Part shown: piece after piece, positions 16,587 through 24,867 of the stretch
Layout of the letters: every line of letters starts with the position of its first letter
How positions within the stretch are numbered: position 1 is the stretch's first letter
Origin: a virus
Lineage: Duplodnaviria > Caudoviricetes
Length of the DNA: 28,783 bases
Direction: 5' to 3' (one strand)
Virus record (IMG/VR): IMGVR_UViG_3300017648_000084
Location: 1 to 28,783 of that record
Translations under genes and position numbers: made by a program
The notes under the pieces: generated by a model
Told to the model about the DNA's origin: nothing
Seen by the model: the letters and a program-made list of their open reading frames with translations, nothing else
Databases searched by the model: none

Positions 16587-16991
16587 TTACTGTCCGAAGA
16601 AATGGGGTAACGATTTAGCAGTCCCGCCGAGCAGTGAGGTGATCGCCGAATTTTGGAACGTCCGTGCATCACGCTCACTTTGGTCCGCTTGGATGCGGCG
16701 GCTCGCAACATCGCGAGTTCGATTCCTGTCGCTCACACGACGGTTTTCATCCTCGATGGCAAGCGTCGTTGGGCTATTGGCAGCAACACCAGTTCCAGCG
16801 CGGATCGCACGGATATTGTTGATGGTCGAATTGAGCTCATCCCGATATCCAGTATCGATCTGGTTCGCCTGAATACGTCCGGTGGTGGCAGCATTCTTTG
16901 CATCTTGAGCCTGTTTTCCGTAACCGACAGCGCCTCCGATGCCCGAAATCAGCAGGGAGCCACCCGTAAGGAGAGAAACCGGATCGGCCAT
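16587..16991 (-). CDS. small internal virion protein (T7 gp14/P22 gp7-like position)
   Basis: MADPVSLLTGGSLL Gly-rich hydrophobic N-terminus; directly after the nozzle gene with TGATG overlap. Confidence 0.65.
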   Translation of the reverse strand: MADPVSLLTGGSLLISGIGGAVGYGKQAQDAKNAATTGRIQANQIDTGYRDELNSTINNIRAIRAGTGVAANSPTTLAIEDENRRVSDRNRTRDVASRRIQADQSERDARTFQNSAITSLLGGTAKSLPHFFGQ

Positions 16992-19108
16992 CAGATGGTC
17001 ACCTCTGTCGTCAGTTCCAACATTTTGAAACGCCCTGGTATCGTCTTTCTGATCGTGAACTCGGGATCATAGGAGCGTCCGATTTCGCGATATGTGAAAA
17101 CACCGGTACGTTTTGGCATTGGTTGAGATGTATCTTCACCGCCCCGCCACGTGCAAAGCACCTTGTTTCCGACACGGAATTCCTGACAGTCTCGAACTTT
17201 CAGATTGACCTTTGACACCTTGCGCCGGCGCTGGCGCTGACCAAAAGCCTCGCCACCTTCAAAATCGGATAGGTTCGGGGTCAGAAACCAATCGAATTCT
17301 TTCCCGACGAATATCTGAGAATAATCAGAAACGTTGACCGGAACGGTGTTGACAGGACCAACGACGAAATCCCCAAGGAAAAACCCGTCAGCCATAACCT
17401 GGACCGTCTCGCCGACTGGGAAAGGGAGCGTTCCAGAACCAGTATAAATGACCGCGCAGTCAAGTTCACGGTCCGCGTCAATCCGTTCCGCTACAAACAG
17501 TGGTGTTCCAATGGTGTTGTAGCGGGTGGAGAAGATGACGTCGCCGAAACGGGCAGAAACAGAATTGACATGACCCGCACCGTTCCAGAGCCTCCAACCA
17601 ACAAATTCGCGATCGCTACTATACTGGCCAACTACCACTGTGCCGTCTTCATTGACGGCGAATATCTGCCGGGCGGCATTCTTCGGCGTGCCGTAATTGC
17701 TCGTCAGGCTTTTCACGTTCTTAAATAAGTGACGGTGGAACTGTGAAATTTCGGTCGCCACATATGGCCGCGCGGTCTGGCCGGTCGCCGTGATTGCATA
17801 TATTCCAGTCAAGGATTCATCGACGAAAAGTACGCCCTCGGTAACTTCAACGGGCTTCACATTCGACACTTCACCAGAATATAGGCGGCGGAACTCGACT
17901 GATCCCGGCGTCAATGGGTTCTCGGATGAAATCGGGATATAGAAAACGCCGATATCCGTGATGGCGAACTCATCATATCCGCCGACAACGTGAAACACTT
18001 GGCAATCCGCATCGATCAATTCAAAGATCGCGCCTGTCGCGTCAGCGTTCACCTGAAGGTCAAACGGATCGGAAACAGTTGACCAGACGATTGCCTGTTT
18101 CAATTGCGGGAAGTTGCTGAATATCAGACGCTGCCCATCTTTTGCGACTGATTGGGGCCAGCCGCGAGCGGGCGACATAAATTGTTCGTCCCATTGCGTA
18201 GTTGCTTGCGGCGTTACAATCATCAGACCGGAGCCAGCAATCTTTGCATCGCCACTCGGTCCAACAAGGCGATCTTCTGAATCGATGTTTCGGAACCGGT
18301 TCAGAATGACGATCGTAACTGTGTTGGCCCCGGTATCGCGCGCAACGACCTCGCCCTCAATGCCGGACACGGTGGTCTGAACGATTTGCCCAATCTCGAA
18401 GGTTACAGCAGACTCGGACAATGGGAGTCGCAACGTTGGGTTAAGGGCCTGCAAGCAGGTGGCGTTCGCAGTTGTCCCCGACGTAACACTCGTGATGCGG
18501 ACTTGCTTTCCTGCGTACCGAAATACGGCCCCAACGTGAGCAGCGGTCAAAACTGGTGCGGAGAAACTGACCGTAATGTTGCCAGTGGTGGCGCTCGGAA
18601 CCATCGTAACGCCAAATTCCGCAAATCGGTAAAATGGCGTGTGCACCAGACCGTCGATCCCGACACGGAAATCAAAATCCCGAATTGACCAGCCGCCGGT
18701 GTACTTGCTGATTTCTATGACTTGTGGGCGCATACCGGGCCCGGTCACAAAAATCATATTGTCATTCGAGGTCCACACCAGTGATTCAAGCATTGAAGCC
18801 GTCCACGGTGCGCCAAGATTGGCTATGACCTCGCCGACCTCATTGCGGACAGTAGCGCGCATATGCGCAAAGGTGACAGAATGCCGAACGCTCGGAAGTA
18901 GCCGGAAATCATCGCGGACGCCTTCATCCTGATAGAGATAACGGCGGCCATATCGGTTCTCGATCGCTCCAGTTCGAAGCGACTGCATGTTCAGTGACTT
19001 GCGCTCGCCAAACTTGAAAACCTCAGTATCGTCGCGCCGCTCGCCGTCCGGGTCTATTTCACCGGCAGACCAATCACGTTGACGGATGATCTGGGATGGA
19101 ATGCTCAT
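16991..19108 (-). CDS. tail nozzle / tail tubular protein B
   Basis: N-terminal WSAGEIDP, GAIENRYG and GWPQSV...QRL motifs; beta-rich; 705 aa; follows the tubular A gene. Confidence 0.8.
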   Translation of the reverse strand: MSIPSQIIRQRDWSAGEIDPDGERRDDTEVFKFGERKSLNMQSLRTGAIENRYGRRYLYQDEGVRDDFRLLPSVRHSVTFAHMRATVRNEVGEVIANLGAPWTASMLESLVWTSNDNMIFVTGPGMRPQVIEISKYTGGWSIRDFDFRVGIDGLVHTPFYRFAEFGVTMVPSATTGNITVSFSAPVLTAAHVGAVFRYAGKQVRITSVTSGTTANATCLQALNPTLRLPLSESAVTFEIGQIVQTTVSGIEGEVVARDTGANTVTIVILNRFRNIDSEDRLVGPSGDAKIAGSGLMIVTPQATTQWDEQFMSPARGWPQSVAKDGQRLIFSNFPQLKQAIVWSTVSDPFDLQVNADATGAIFELIDADCQVFHVVGGYDEFAITDIGVFYIPISSENPLTPGSVEFRRLYSGEVSNVKPVEVTEGVLFVDESLTGIYAITATGQTARPYVATEISQFHRHLFKNVKSLTSNYGTPKNAARQIFAVNEDGTVVVGQYSSDREFVGWRLWNGAGHVNSVSARFGDVIFSTRYNTIGTPLFVAERIDADRELDCAVIYTGSGTLPFPVGETVQVMADGFFLGDFVVGPVNTVPVNVSDYSQIFVGKEFDWFLTPNLSDFEGGEAFGQRQRRRKVSKVNLKVRDCQEFRVGNKVLCTWRGGEDTSQPMPKRTGVFTYREIGRSYDPEFTIRKTIPGRFKMLELTTEVTI

Positions 19109-19695
19109 ACCCGCCTCGTGCGCCGTGCCGCCGCGATTTTCGACCGATACATGTTGCGGGCCGGGTTTTGCTGATCAAGATGGGGCCGGGCCATCATCAG
19201 CCATTCTTCGGAGCGGTTTTCGCGGTTGTCGGCTTCCTTGAAATCTTCATTCAGTCCGCGCAGGATTCCGGCCTCGACGCGCAAGGTCAGTATTTGCTCT
19301 GCCATCGGGTGCCAGATCGCGCCGGGAGCCTCTCGAACCACCTTCGCGTAAACCTCGCTGTCATACCGACAACTGAGAATGAACCCCATAATCTCGTATT
19401 CGGTCAGGAGGACATTGCCGTAATAGATTTCCTTGACGTGCAGGACTTGCGGCGGGGCTGGGATACGAAAACAGTTTTCTGGGAAGTGGCGAGACCTGTT
19501 CTCATTGTCAGGCGCTCGCACCAGCTTTTCAATTGTCGTCGCAAACGGCCAAGTATGCATGGACGATAGGAGCTTGATCGCCGCGTCAAACGCGGTGTCA
19601 GCGACCATATATTCGTCGGAATCCTCGTAAAGCGTGTTTACGCGGTTGTTGCCGGTGTTGATGAGCGCGTTGTTGAGAACAGTTAACTTATCCAT
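19105..19695 (-). CDS. tail tubular protein A / head-tail adaptor
   Basis: MDKLTVLNNALINTG...HTWPFAT motif typical of T7 gp11-like adaptors; true start probably ATG 19695. Confidence 0.78.
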   Translation of the reverse strand: MDKLTVLNNALINTGNNRVNTLYEDSDEYMVADTAFDAAIKLLSSMHTWPFATTIEKLVRAPDNENRSRHFPENCFRIPAPPQVLHVKEIYYGNVLLTEYEIMGFILSCRYDSEVYAKVVREAPGAIWHPMAEQILTLRVEAGILRGLNEDFKEADNRENRSEEWLMMARPHLDQQNPARNMYRSKIAAARRTRRV

Positions 19696-19701
19696 GCGCA
19701 G

Positions 19702-19737
19702 AATTTGGCTGAGACGCGAGAGACCAGCAAAGCACAG
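19702..19737 (-). promoter_or_regulatory. putative late promoter (tail operon; probably leaderless)
   Basis: CTGTGCTTTGC at 19727-19737; TTGCTG-17-CAAATT-6-ATG; no RBS. Confidence 0.72.
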
Positions 19738-19746
19738 GGCCGACAA

Positions 19747-19781
19747 GCACAAAGGCCGGAGGCGTTAAAACCCCCGGCCTT
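19747..19781 (-). terminator. intrinsic terminator ending the capsid operon
   Basis: Minus strand AAGGCCGGGGG-TTTTAACG-CCTCCGGCCTT-TGTG, immediately upstream of the tail-operon promoter. Confidence 0.65.
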
Positions 19782-19818
19782 CTGAGCAGCACGTGCCGCG
19801 ATGGAGATACGCGCCGCG

Positions 19819-20082
19819 TCAGCCTTTATTCTGTTCGGCCTTGGCCTTGTCTTCGGTGCCCGCACCAAGCAAATCAGTTTTGTCCTGATCCGTTTTGTCG
19901 TTGGCTCCCGCATCAGATGTGTCAGTCTTCGCGTCAGCCTTTGGCTGCTTGGCCTTGGGCCAAGGGTCTGCGCTCCATTCGTCGGAATGCTGGCGCAGTG
20001 CTCGGTTCGCGTCGATAGCCGCCATCTCATAGCCTTTGCCATCGCGCTTGAAATAGATCGTTTTGTTATCCGGCATTTTCAT
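19819..20082 (-). CDS. hypothetical phage protein (87 aa)
   Basis: AAGGAGA RBS before ATG 20082; low-complexity K/D/A C-terminus. Confidence 0.65.
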   Translation of the reverse strand: MKMPDNKTIYFKRDGKGYEMAAIDANRALRQHSDEWSADPWPKAKQPKADAKTDTSDAGANDKTDQDKTDLLGAGTEDKAKAEQNKG

Positions 20083-20093
20083 ATCTCCTTGGA

Positions 20094-20114
20094 GAAAGGG
20101 CGCTTTCGCGCCCC
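20094..20114 (-). terminator. GNRA hairpin / weak terminator after the cement gene
   Basis: GGGCGC-GAAA-GCGCCC followed by TTTCT on the minus strand. Confidence 0.5.
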
Positions 20115-20119
20115 CTCGA

Positions 20120-20548
20120 TTAATACTTGGTGGAAGCCCACGCCTTGAAGTTGACCGATGGCGTGGTGCCGGCGACATCGACGTAAACGCGGACGTAATC
20201 ATAAATCACGTCGTTGATGTCGGTGTGAAATGGCACCTCGTATCGACCGATGAGCGAAGTAATCGCGCCGCCTGGGCGGACTGCCGTGTTACCGAGATTG
20301 AGAACTGCAAGGTTCTCTTTCGCGCCCGAGAAGTCGGCCGTGTTGCTCCCCTGAATAATGATGTTGTAAACGTTATCTGCGCCCACAGTGATCGCAGAAA
20401 CGTCGACCAACATCACGGCTTCGAAGCGCCCTGCACCGACCTTGATAATTTTCGCGGAGCCATCAACGGTTGCAGCACCATCGGCGGTAACTGCACCAGC
20501 ATCCTTGAAAATAAGCTCTTTGTCCTGGTTAAAAATCCGCTGGCCCAT
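20120..20548 (-). CDS. capsid cement/decoration protein (BPP-1 Bbp16-like)
   Basis: AGGAGA RBS; 142 aa; beta-strand-rich with YVRVY near the C-terminus; immediately after the capsid gene. Confidence 0.65.
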   Translation of the reverse strand: MGQRIFNQDKELIFKDAGAVTADGAATVDGSAKIIKVGAGRFEAVMLVDVSAITVGADNVYNIIIQGSNTADFSGAKENLAVLNLGNTAVRPGGAITSLIGRYEVPFHTDINDVIYDYVRVYVDVAGTTPSVNFKAWASTKY

Positions 20549-20612
20549 AGCCAATCTCCTGTCAGAGTTGGCCGGGCTCAACCCGGCCATGTTTCACAAA
20601 AGTCGGCTCGCC

Positions 20613-21554
20613 TTACTTGACGATGGCCGCGTCAGTAATCGAATCCAGTGCCGTCAGGCAGAAGTCACTGTCATCGACGAGGCCGACATCCCAGGAGACG
20701 TTCGTGCCATAGAACACGTTGTCGGGCTGGAGCAGGCCGAGGTCTTCGGCTTGAATGTTCGTCAACTGAATGCCGTGAAGGCCTTCTTCAGTGAACGAAA
20801 CAACGAAGATCGAAGTCGTCTGCGCAGCGCCGCCGCCGAAGCCAACTTCATTGAACGGCAGAATTGCGCTATGGCGGTCCTTGGGATAGCCCGTCAGGAT
20901 CGGCAGATCATTGTAGCTGGTGACGGGACGCCCCATGCTATCGCGGGTCTGCGCGATGTAGCCGCCGATCGTGGTGTCGCGCATCGCACCAATAAAACGG
21001 CGCTTCAATGCGCGGCTCATGATGAGGTGCGTCGGGTTAGTGGTGTTGTCGATCGCTTCATCGAGAGCGGCGAGCGACAGAGCCGCGCCACCAGAGGCGG
21101 TGGAATTGTGGATGCGGCGGCCGTTCGCGTTGGTGGCGCGAGCCTTCACGCCGTTGAATTCCTTGGGGTTCGACTTGTTGTCGCCGTTGATGAAGGTGTC
21201 AGTGAAAAGTGTCGACTGACGCTTCATCTGCATCGCTTCTTCGCGGGCTCGGCGCTCTTGGCCATGGCGACGGATGATCGCCTTGTCGACCTTCAGAATG
21301 GTGTCGATCGGAAAGCTGGTTTCCTGGAATGGTGCGATCTTGCCCTGAGACTCGCTCGCGCCTTCGTTGATCGCGCGGAACTGTGCGTTGCCGATATCGG
21401 TTTCACGATAGCCCTCATACGAACCGCCGGAGAAACCGGAGAACGGAAGGGCCGCCACGATGTCGGAATGCTCCGCGAAAGTCTCGATCAGAGGACGTTC
21501 GATGCTCTTTTTTTCGAGACCCTTGGCATATTCGGGAAGGGTAATGGCTGGCAT
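20613..21554 (-). CDS. major capsid protein
   Basis: 313 aa; TLPEYAK, FRAINEG, VDKAI, FINGD..NPKEFNG motifs of BPP-1-like capsids; GAGGA RBS. Confidence 0.88.
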   Translation of the reverse strand: MPAITLPEYAKGLEKKSIERPLIETFAEHSDIVAALPFSGFSGGSYEGYRETDIGNAQFRAINEGASESQGKIAPFQETSFPIDTILKVDKAIIRRHGQERRAREEAMQMKRQSTLFTDTFINGDNKSNPKEFNGVKARATNANGRRIHNSTASGGAALSLAALDEAIDNTTNPTHLIMSRALKRRFIGAMRDTTIGGYIAQTRDSMGRPVTSYNDLPILTGYPKDRHSAILPFNEVGFGGGAAQTTSIFVVSFTEEGLHGIQLTNIQAEDLGLLQPDNVFYGTNVSWDVGLVDDSDFCLTALDSITDAAIVK

Positions 21555-21577
21555 TGGTGTTTTTCCTCAGCAGTCGG

Positions 21578-22483
21578 TCAGAGCGAACGGGGCATAATTC
21601 CGCGCGCGTAGTTGATCCGTTCGGTTGGCGATAGTTTCTGATATTCTTCATCAGAAAGTTCGGCTGGTGTGGCATCGCGGCCCCCGTTCGGATTGCCCCG
21701 AACGTCTCCTCGGACAAGGCGCTGTAACGCCTCGAAAGCTTCAACTTGCTTGGCAGTGAACATCATGCCGCGCAGCGCGGCTCCGTGTTCCTTGCCAATC
21801 TTGGCGTCGAGAAAGGTCGTTACCGCGTTCACACGCTCGGCGCCTCGGGAGCCAAGTTTTTCGCGTTCAGCTGCGGCAGCTTCTTGGAGACGCTTATTCT
21901 CACCGATATCCATGTTCACGCCCATGGCGAGAACATCTTCGAACTGTGCCTGTGACCAGTTTTGGGTATGCGCGACCTCGCGCAATAGCTGGATGCGCGG
22001 ATCATCGGCGTTTAGCACCATTTCGCCTTCTGGCACTTGCACATCGTCGGGGAGCTTGAAGGTGGCTGGCAGCCGGATTTCATATTTGTCGGCGCTGTCC
22101 GGAACTTGAGCGAGTTCAGCTTCACGGCTGGCCTTGAATGCAACGAGATCGTTGTAAGCTTCAGCCTTGAAGCCAGCCTTTTCATCCCAGAGTTCTTCAG
22201 GAAGATATTCAGGCCGCTGTAGCTGCTGATCGTCACCACTTTTGGCGGGCTGATCGCCACCGTCGCCAGCGCCGGCATCTGCATTTCCGCCGCCGTCGCC
22301 ACTTTGACCTCCGTCACCGCCGCCCGACCCTCCGCCATCTTCCGGCGCGAATACTGGCTTCGGACCGTACATTGTGGCGCCAAACGCAATACTACCGGCC
22401 AGCGGGGCCGTGACGCCTGCTTTTGCGCTGTTCAGGTTGAGGTTTGTTTCGGCGGTATCGTTCATTGTCAGTTTCGGGTCCAT
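21578..22483 (-). CDS. capsid scaffolding/assembly protein
   Basis: Gly/Asp-rich N-terminal linker, RPEYLPEELWD and VPDSADKYE motifs; lies before the capsid gene. Start uncertain (22483, 22465 or later). Confidence 0.75.
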   Translation of the reverse strand: MDPKLTMNDTAETNLNLNSAKAGVTAPLAGSIAFGATMYGPKPVFAPEDGGGSGGGDGGQSGDGGGNADAGAGDGGDQPAKSGDDQQLQRPEYLPEELWDEKAGFKAEAYNDLVAFKASREAELAQVPDSADKYEIRLPATFKLPDDVQVPEGEMVLNADDPRIQLLREVAHTQNWSQAQFEDVLAMGVNMDIGENKRLQEAAAAEREKLGSRGAERVNAVTTFLDAKIGKEHGAALRGMMFTAKQVEAFEALQRLVRGDVRGNPNGGRDATPAELSDEEYQKLSPTERINYARGIMPRSL

Positions 22484-22691
22484 CGCTACCCAATCCCTTC
22501 ATTCCAGCTGTGATCAATTCTGACGCGAATGTGCGGCGACCATGCTGAACCTGCAAAGCACAGGTGTCCGGGCTTCCGATGGCTTCCAATTCTGACTGTA
22601 GAAATTCGAGAAAGGGGCGGGCTTCTTTTTGCCTAAAAATCCAGCGGATGGAGTTTTGCACTTCCTCATCGTGAAGCTTAGCTTGCGCCAT
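22392..22691 (-). CDS. small phage protein (Bbp19-like position between portal and scaffold)
   Basis: MAQAKLHDEE...ALQVQHGRR; start overlaps the portal 3' end, with GAAGGTGG upstream. Confidence 0.6.
   Translation of the reverse strand: MAQAKLHDEEVQNSIRWIFRQKEARPFLEFLQSELEAIGSPDTCALQVQHGRRTFASELITAGMKGLGSDGPETDNERYRRNKPQPEQRKSRRHGPAGR
22528..22563 (-). promoter_or_regulatory. putative late promoter (scaffold-capsid operon), inside the upstream CDS
   Basis: CTGTGCTTTGC at 22553-22563; TTGCAG-17-CACATT. Confidence 0.7.
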
Positions 22692-24279
22692 TGTCGCCAC
22701 CTTCTCCACCAGCACCGCCGGCCATTTGGCTCAAGATTCCTTGCACAAGCTGGTTTGTTTCCGCTTCCTCACGAAGAACAATGACCTCATCTTTCGAAAG
22801 GGATTTCATCTTATCCATCGTGGCACGCTCATTGATGGCGGCCTGTGATGTCATCGGGAAATAACCCTTGAAAGCATTCAGAAGATTGCCGGCGGTCTGA
22901 AGCTTCTGCGCGTCCTGCGCCTGAGTTGCTGGGTTGTTCGGCGTGACGGTGATCTTGGTCCCGTTCACCATGATCGGGTCAAGCTTCCCATCCTTTTCGA
23001 GGAGATACTCGAAACGGCGGAATACCTCATACGGGCCCTCGCGCCAGAACTTCAGCCCCGGCGTTCCGATACGGCGCTGCGAACGCACCATTTCATCCAT
23101 CCACTGTGTGGCAGATGGTGGAGTGTCACCGCGCTGCTCTGGATAATCGGCGAAGAACTTGCGGCGAACCTTCTTTTCCAGGTCGGCGACCGTATAAAAA
23201 CCAAGATCGGCATCACCGCCGAAATAGAGCTTTTCGATTTCTCCACGCTGCCCGGGCCGCTTCGGATAGCCCTTGCCAGATTCCAACCCACCTTCGAAAT
23301 TCAATATCCCGTCGTCGGGATACGCGAAGGGCGGTGATAGTGCGAGGTCGACATGATCCTGCGTAGCAGCGGTAATCACGTCGAGGATGCGAAACTCTTG
23401 CAGGGACTTGATGGCCGGACCGTTGCCCCAGGCATGCAGCTTGTCGGGTGAAAGTCGCGCAATGATCAACGGCACGCAGCCGAGACCGCTGAGCGTGGTA
23501 TGATGAACAAGTTTTCGGTCTACCAGAAGGACGTGAATCCAGTCATCGTTATGCGGCTTGCTCCAGTCACGCCAGAAGCACCAGACAATTTCGATCTTTG
23601 CTTTAGAGTTACTCTGAATTTTTCGCTCAACATCGGCCGGTAAAGTCTGATCCGGCAGCACCGAACGAATTTTGCTGGCAGTGACATGGCGAACGCGAAA
23701 ACGGTCGTCAATCTCACCGTCAGGACCAACGTTGAACTCGAGCTCGCGCGTCGGCACATGTTCGGCGCGATATGGCCGACCGCCGCCTGGCGCATCGATC
23801 CACCATCCAACCGTTCCAAGCGATGCATCTGGGTCAAGTGACGTCGCCAGTTCAGCATTGAAATTCGAAGCGTTGATCGCAGCAAACACCTTCGCGTCGT
23901 AAACGGGGAGGTCTTTCTTGAGATCGCTCATTTCCGGCGAATTTTCTTCGAGCCCAGCGAGGATCGCAGAATCTGCCGTGCTTTCAGCCCAGCGAACGTT
24001 CTGCGGGAAGAATGCAGAAATCAGTTCTGTCGCGAAATCTTCGCTAACCTCCGGACCAATGCCGGTAGCCAGATCGTCAACATCTTCGATACGCTTTGAT
24101 GGCGCGGAACGCGACGACACATCACGAGAAAGGCGAGGGCGCGTGAAGAAATAGGACTCTTGCAAATCCTTCACGACTAAATCCTTTTGCCCACGCGCGT
24201 CCTGCAAACGTGAATTTGCCTCGCGTTCGAGGTTCTTCAACGTATTGTCAGGAGCGGCAGGCTTTGAGATTTTCGCCAT
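22678..24279 (-). CDS. portal protein (head-tail connector family)
   Basis: 533 aa; SNFN, WGNGPA...L and SATQW motifs of T7 gp8-like portals; downstream of terL. Confidence 0.88.
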   Translation of the reverse strand: MAKISKPAAPDNTLKNLEREANSRLQDARGQKDLVVKDLQESYFFTRPRLSRDVSSRSAPSKRIEDVDDLATGIGPEVSEDFATELISAFFPQNVRWAESTADSAILAGLEENSPEMSDLKKDLPVYDAKVFAAINASNFNAELATSLDPDASLGTVGWWIDAPGGGRPYRAEHVPTRELEFNVGPDGEIDDRFRVRHVTASKIRSVLPDQTLPADVERKIQSNSKAKIEIVWCFWRDWSKPHNDDWIHVLLVDRKLVHHTTLSGLGCVPLIIARLSPDKLHAWGNGPAIKSLQEFRILDVITAATQDHVDLALSPPFAYPDDGILNFEGGLESGKGYPKRPGQRGEIEKLYFGGDADLGFYTVADLEKKVRRKFFADYPEQRGDTPPSATQWMDEMVRSQRRIGTPGLKFWREGPYEVFRRFEYLLEKDGKLDPIMVNGTKITVTPNNPATQAQDAQKLQTAGNLLNAFKGYFPMTSQAAINERATMDKMKSLSKDEVIVLREEAETNQLVQGILSQMAGGAGGEGGDNGAS

Positions 24280-24284
24280 GTTGA

Positions 24285-24437
24285 TCAACGCATGATGGGC
24301 GCGGTTGACGAGCGAGTGCCATAACGACGCATAGCGTCATTGGTTCGGCGGGTCACATCGTCCTGAATGGCCTGTATCTGCTCAAGTCTGGATTGTTCTT
24401 CCTGAGCTTTCAGCGCCGGGTCTTCCTTGGGTTTCAT
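24285..24437 (-). CDS. 50-aa hypothetical protein before portal (not in the ORF track)
   Basis: MKPKEDPALKAQEEQSRLEQIQAIQDDVTRRTNDAMRRYGTRSSTAPIMR; fills the gap before the portal gene and follows a late-promoter motif. Confidence 0.65.
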   Translation of the reverse strand: MKPKEDPALKAQEEQSRLEQIQAIQDDVTRRTNDAMRRYGTRSSTAPIMR

Positions 24438-24867
24438 CGTCATCATCCACTACGATTGTTCCACCGTTGGCGAGACAATGGCGAAGAAGTGCGTCAGGGC
24501 GCAAAGCACAGGTGCGCAATCCCAGGAGATGCGCAACAGCGGTGACGCACCAGAGGCCGGGCTTGAATTTCATGCCTTCATCGTCTGGATTAGGCGCCGG
24601 CATCTTCACGATCTTGCCCATCTTGGCATAGTGGGCCAGAAACCTGTCTGATTTTTCGTCAGGGACCATCAAAACGCGGGTTCGGCCGGTCAGATAGTCG
24701 AAAAATACCCAATCACCCGACCACGGCACGCGACCAAACGCTGAAACGTGCTTGTATCGGCCCCATGCCAGCCAATTCACCCACTGTCGCAGTGAATCAC
24801 GATGAAAAACCACAAACCATTCTTTCGGCTCGCACTCGGCAAGCGTAAATCCGTCCTCAGAACCCAC
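24382..24867 (-). CDS. conserved-looking phage protein, possible permuted papain-like (His...Cys) enzyme
   Basis: GTG 24867 overlaps the terL end; WFVVF...KHVSAF...WCVTAVAHLLG...PDAL. Confidence 0.55.
   Translation of the reverse strand: MGSEDGFTLAECEPKEWFVVFHRDSLRQWVNWLAWGRYKHVSAFGRVPWSGDWVFFDYLTGRTRVLMVPDEKSDRFLAHYAKMGKIVKMPAPNPDDEGMKFKPGLWCVTAVAHLLGLRTCALRPDALLRHCLANGGTIVVDDDDETQGRPGAESSGRTIQT
24475..24511 (-). promoter_or_regulatory. putative late promoter (portal operon), inside the upstream CDS
   Basis: CTGTGCTTTGC at 24501-24511; TTGCGC-18-CATTGT. Confidence 0.65.

Noticed and set aside
17153-17162. Partial seventh motif copy (GGTGCTTTGC) about 160 bp upstream of the internal virion genes
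   Set aside because: Only 9 contiguous bases match and there is no nAnnnT -10 at 17-18 bp; worth rechecking with TSS data but not supported.
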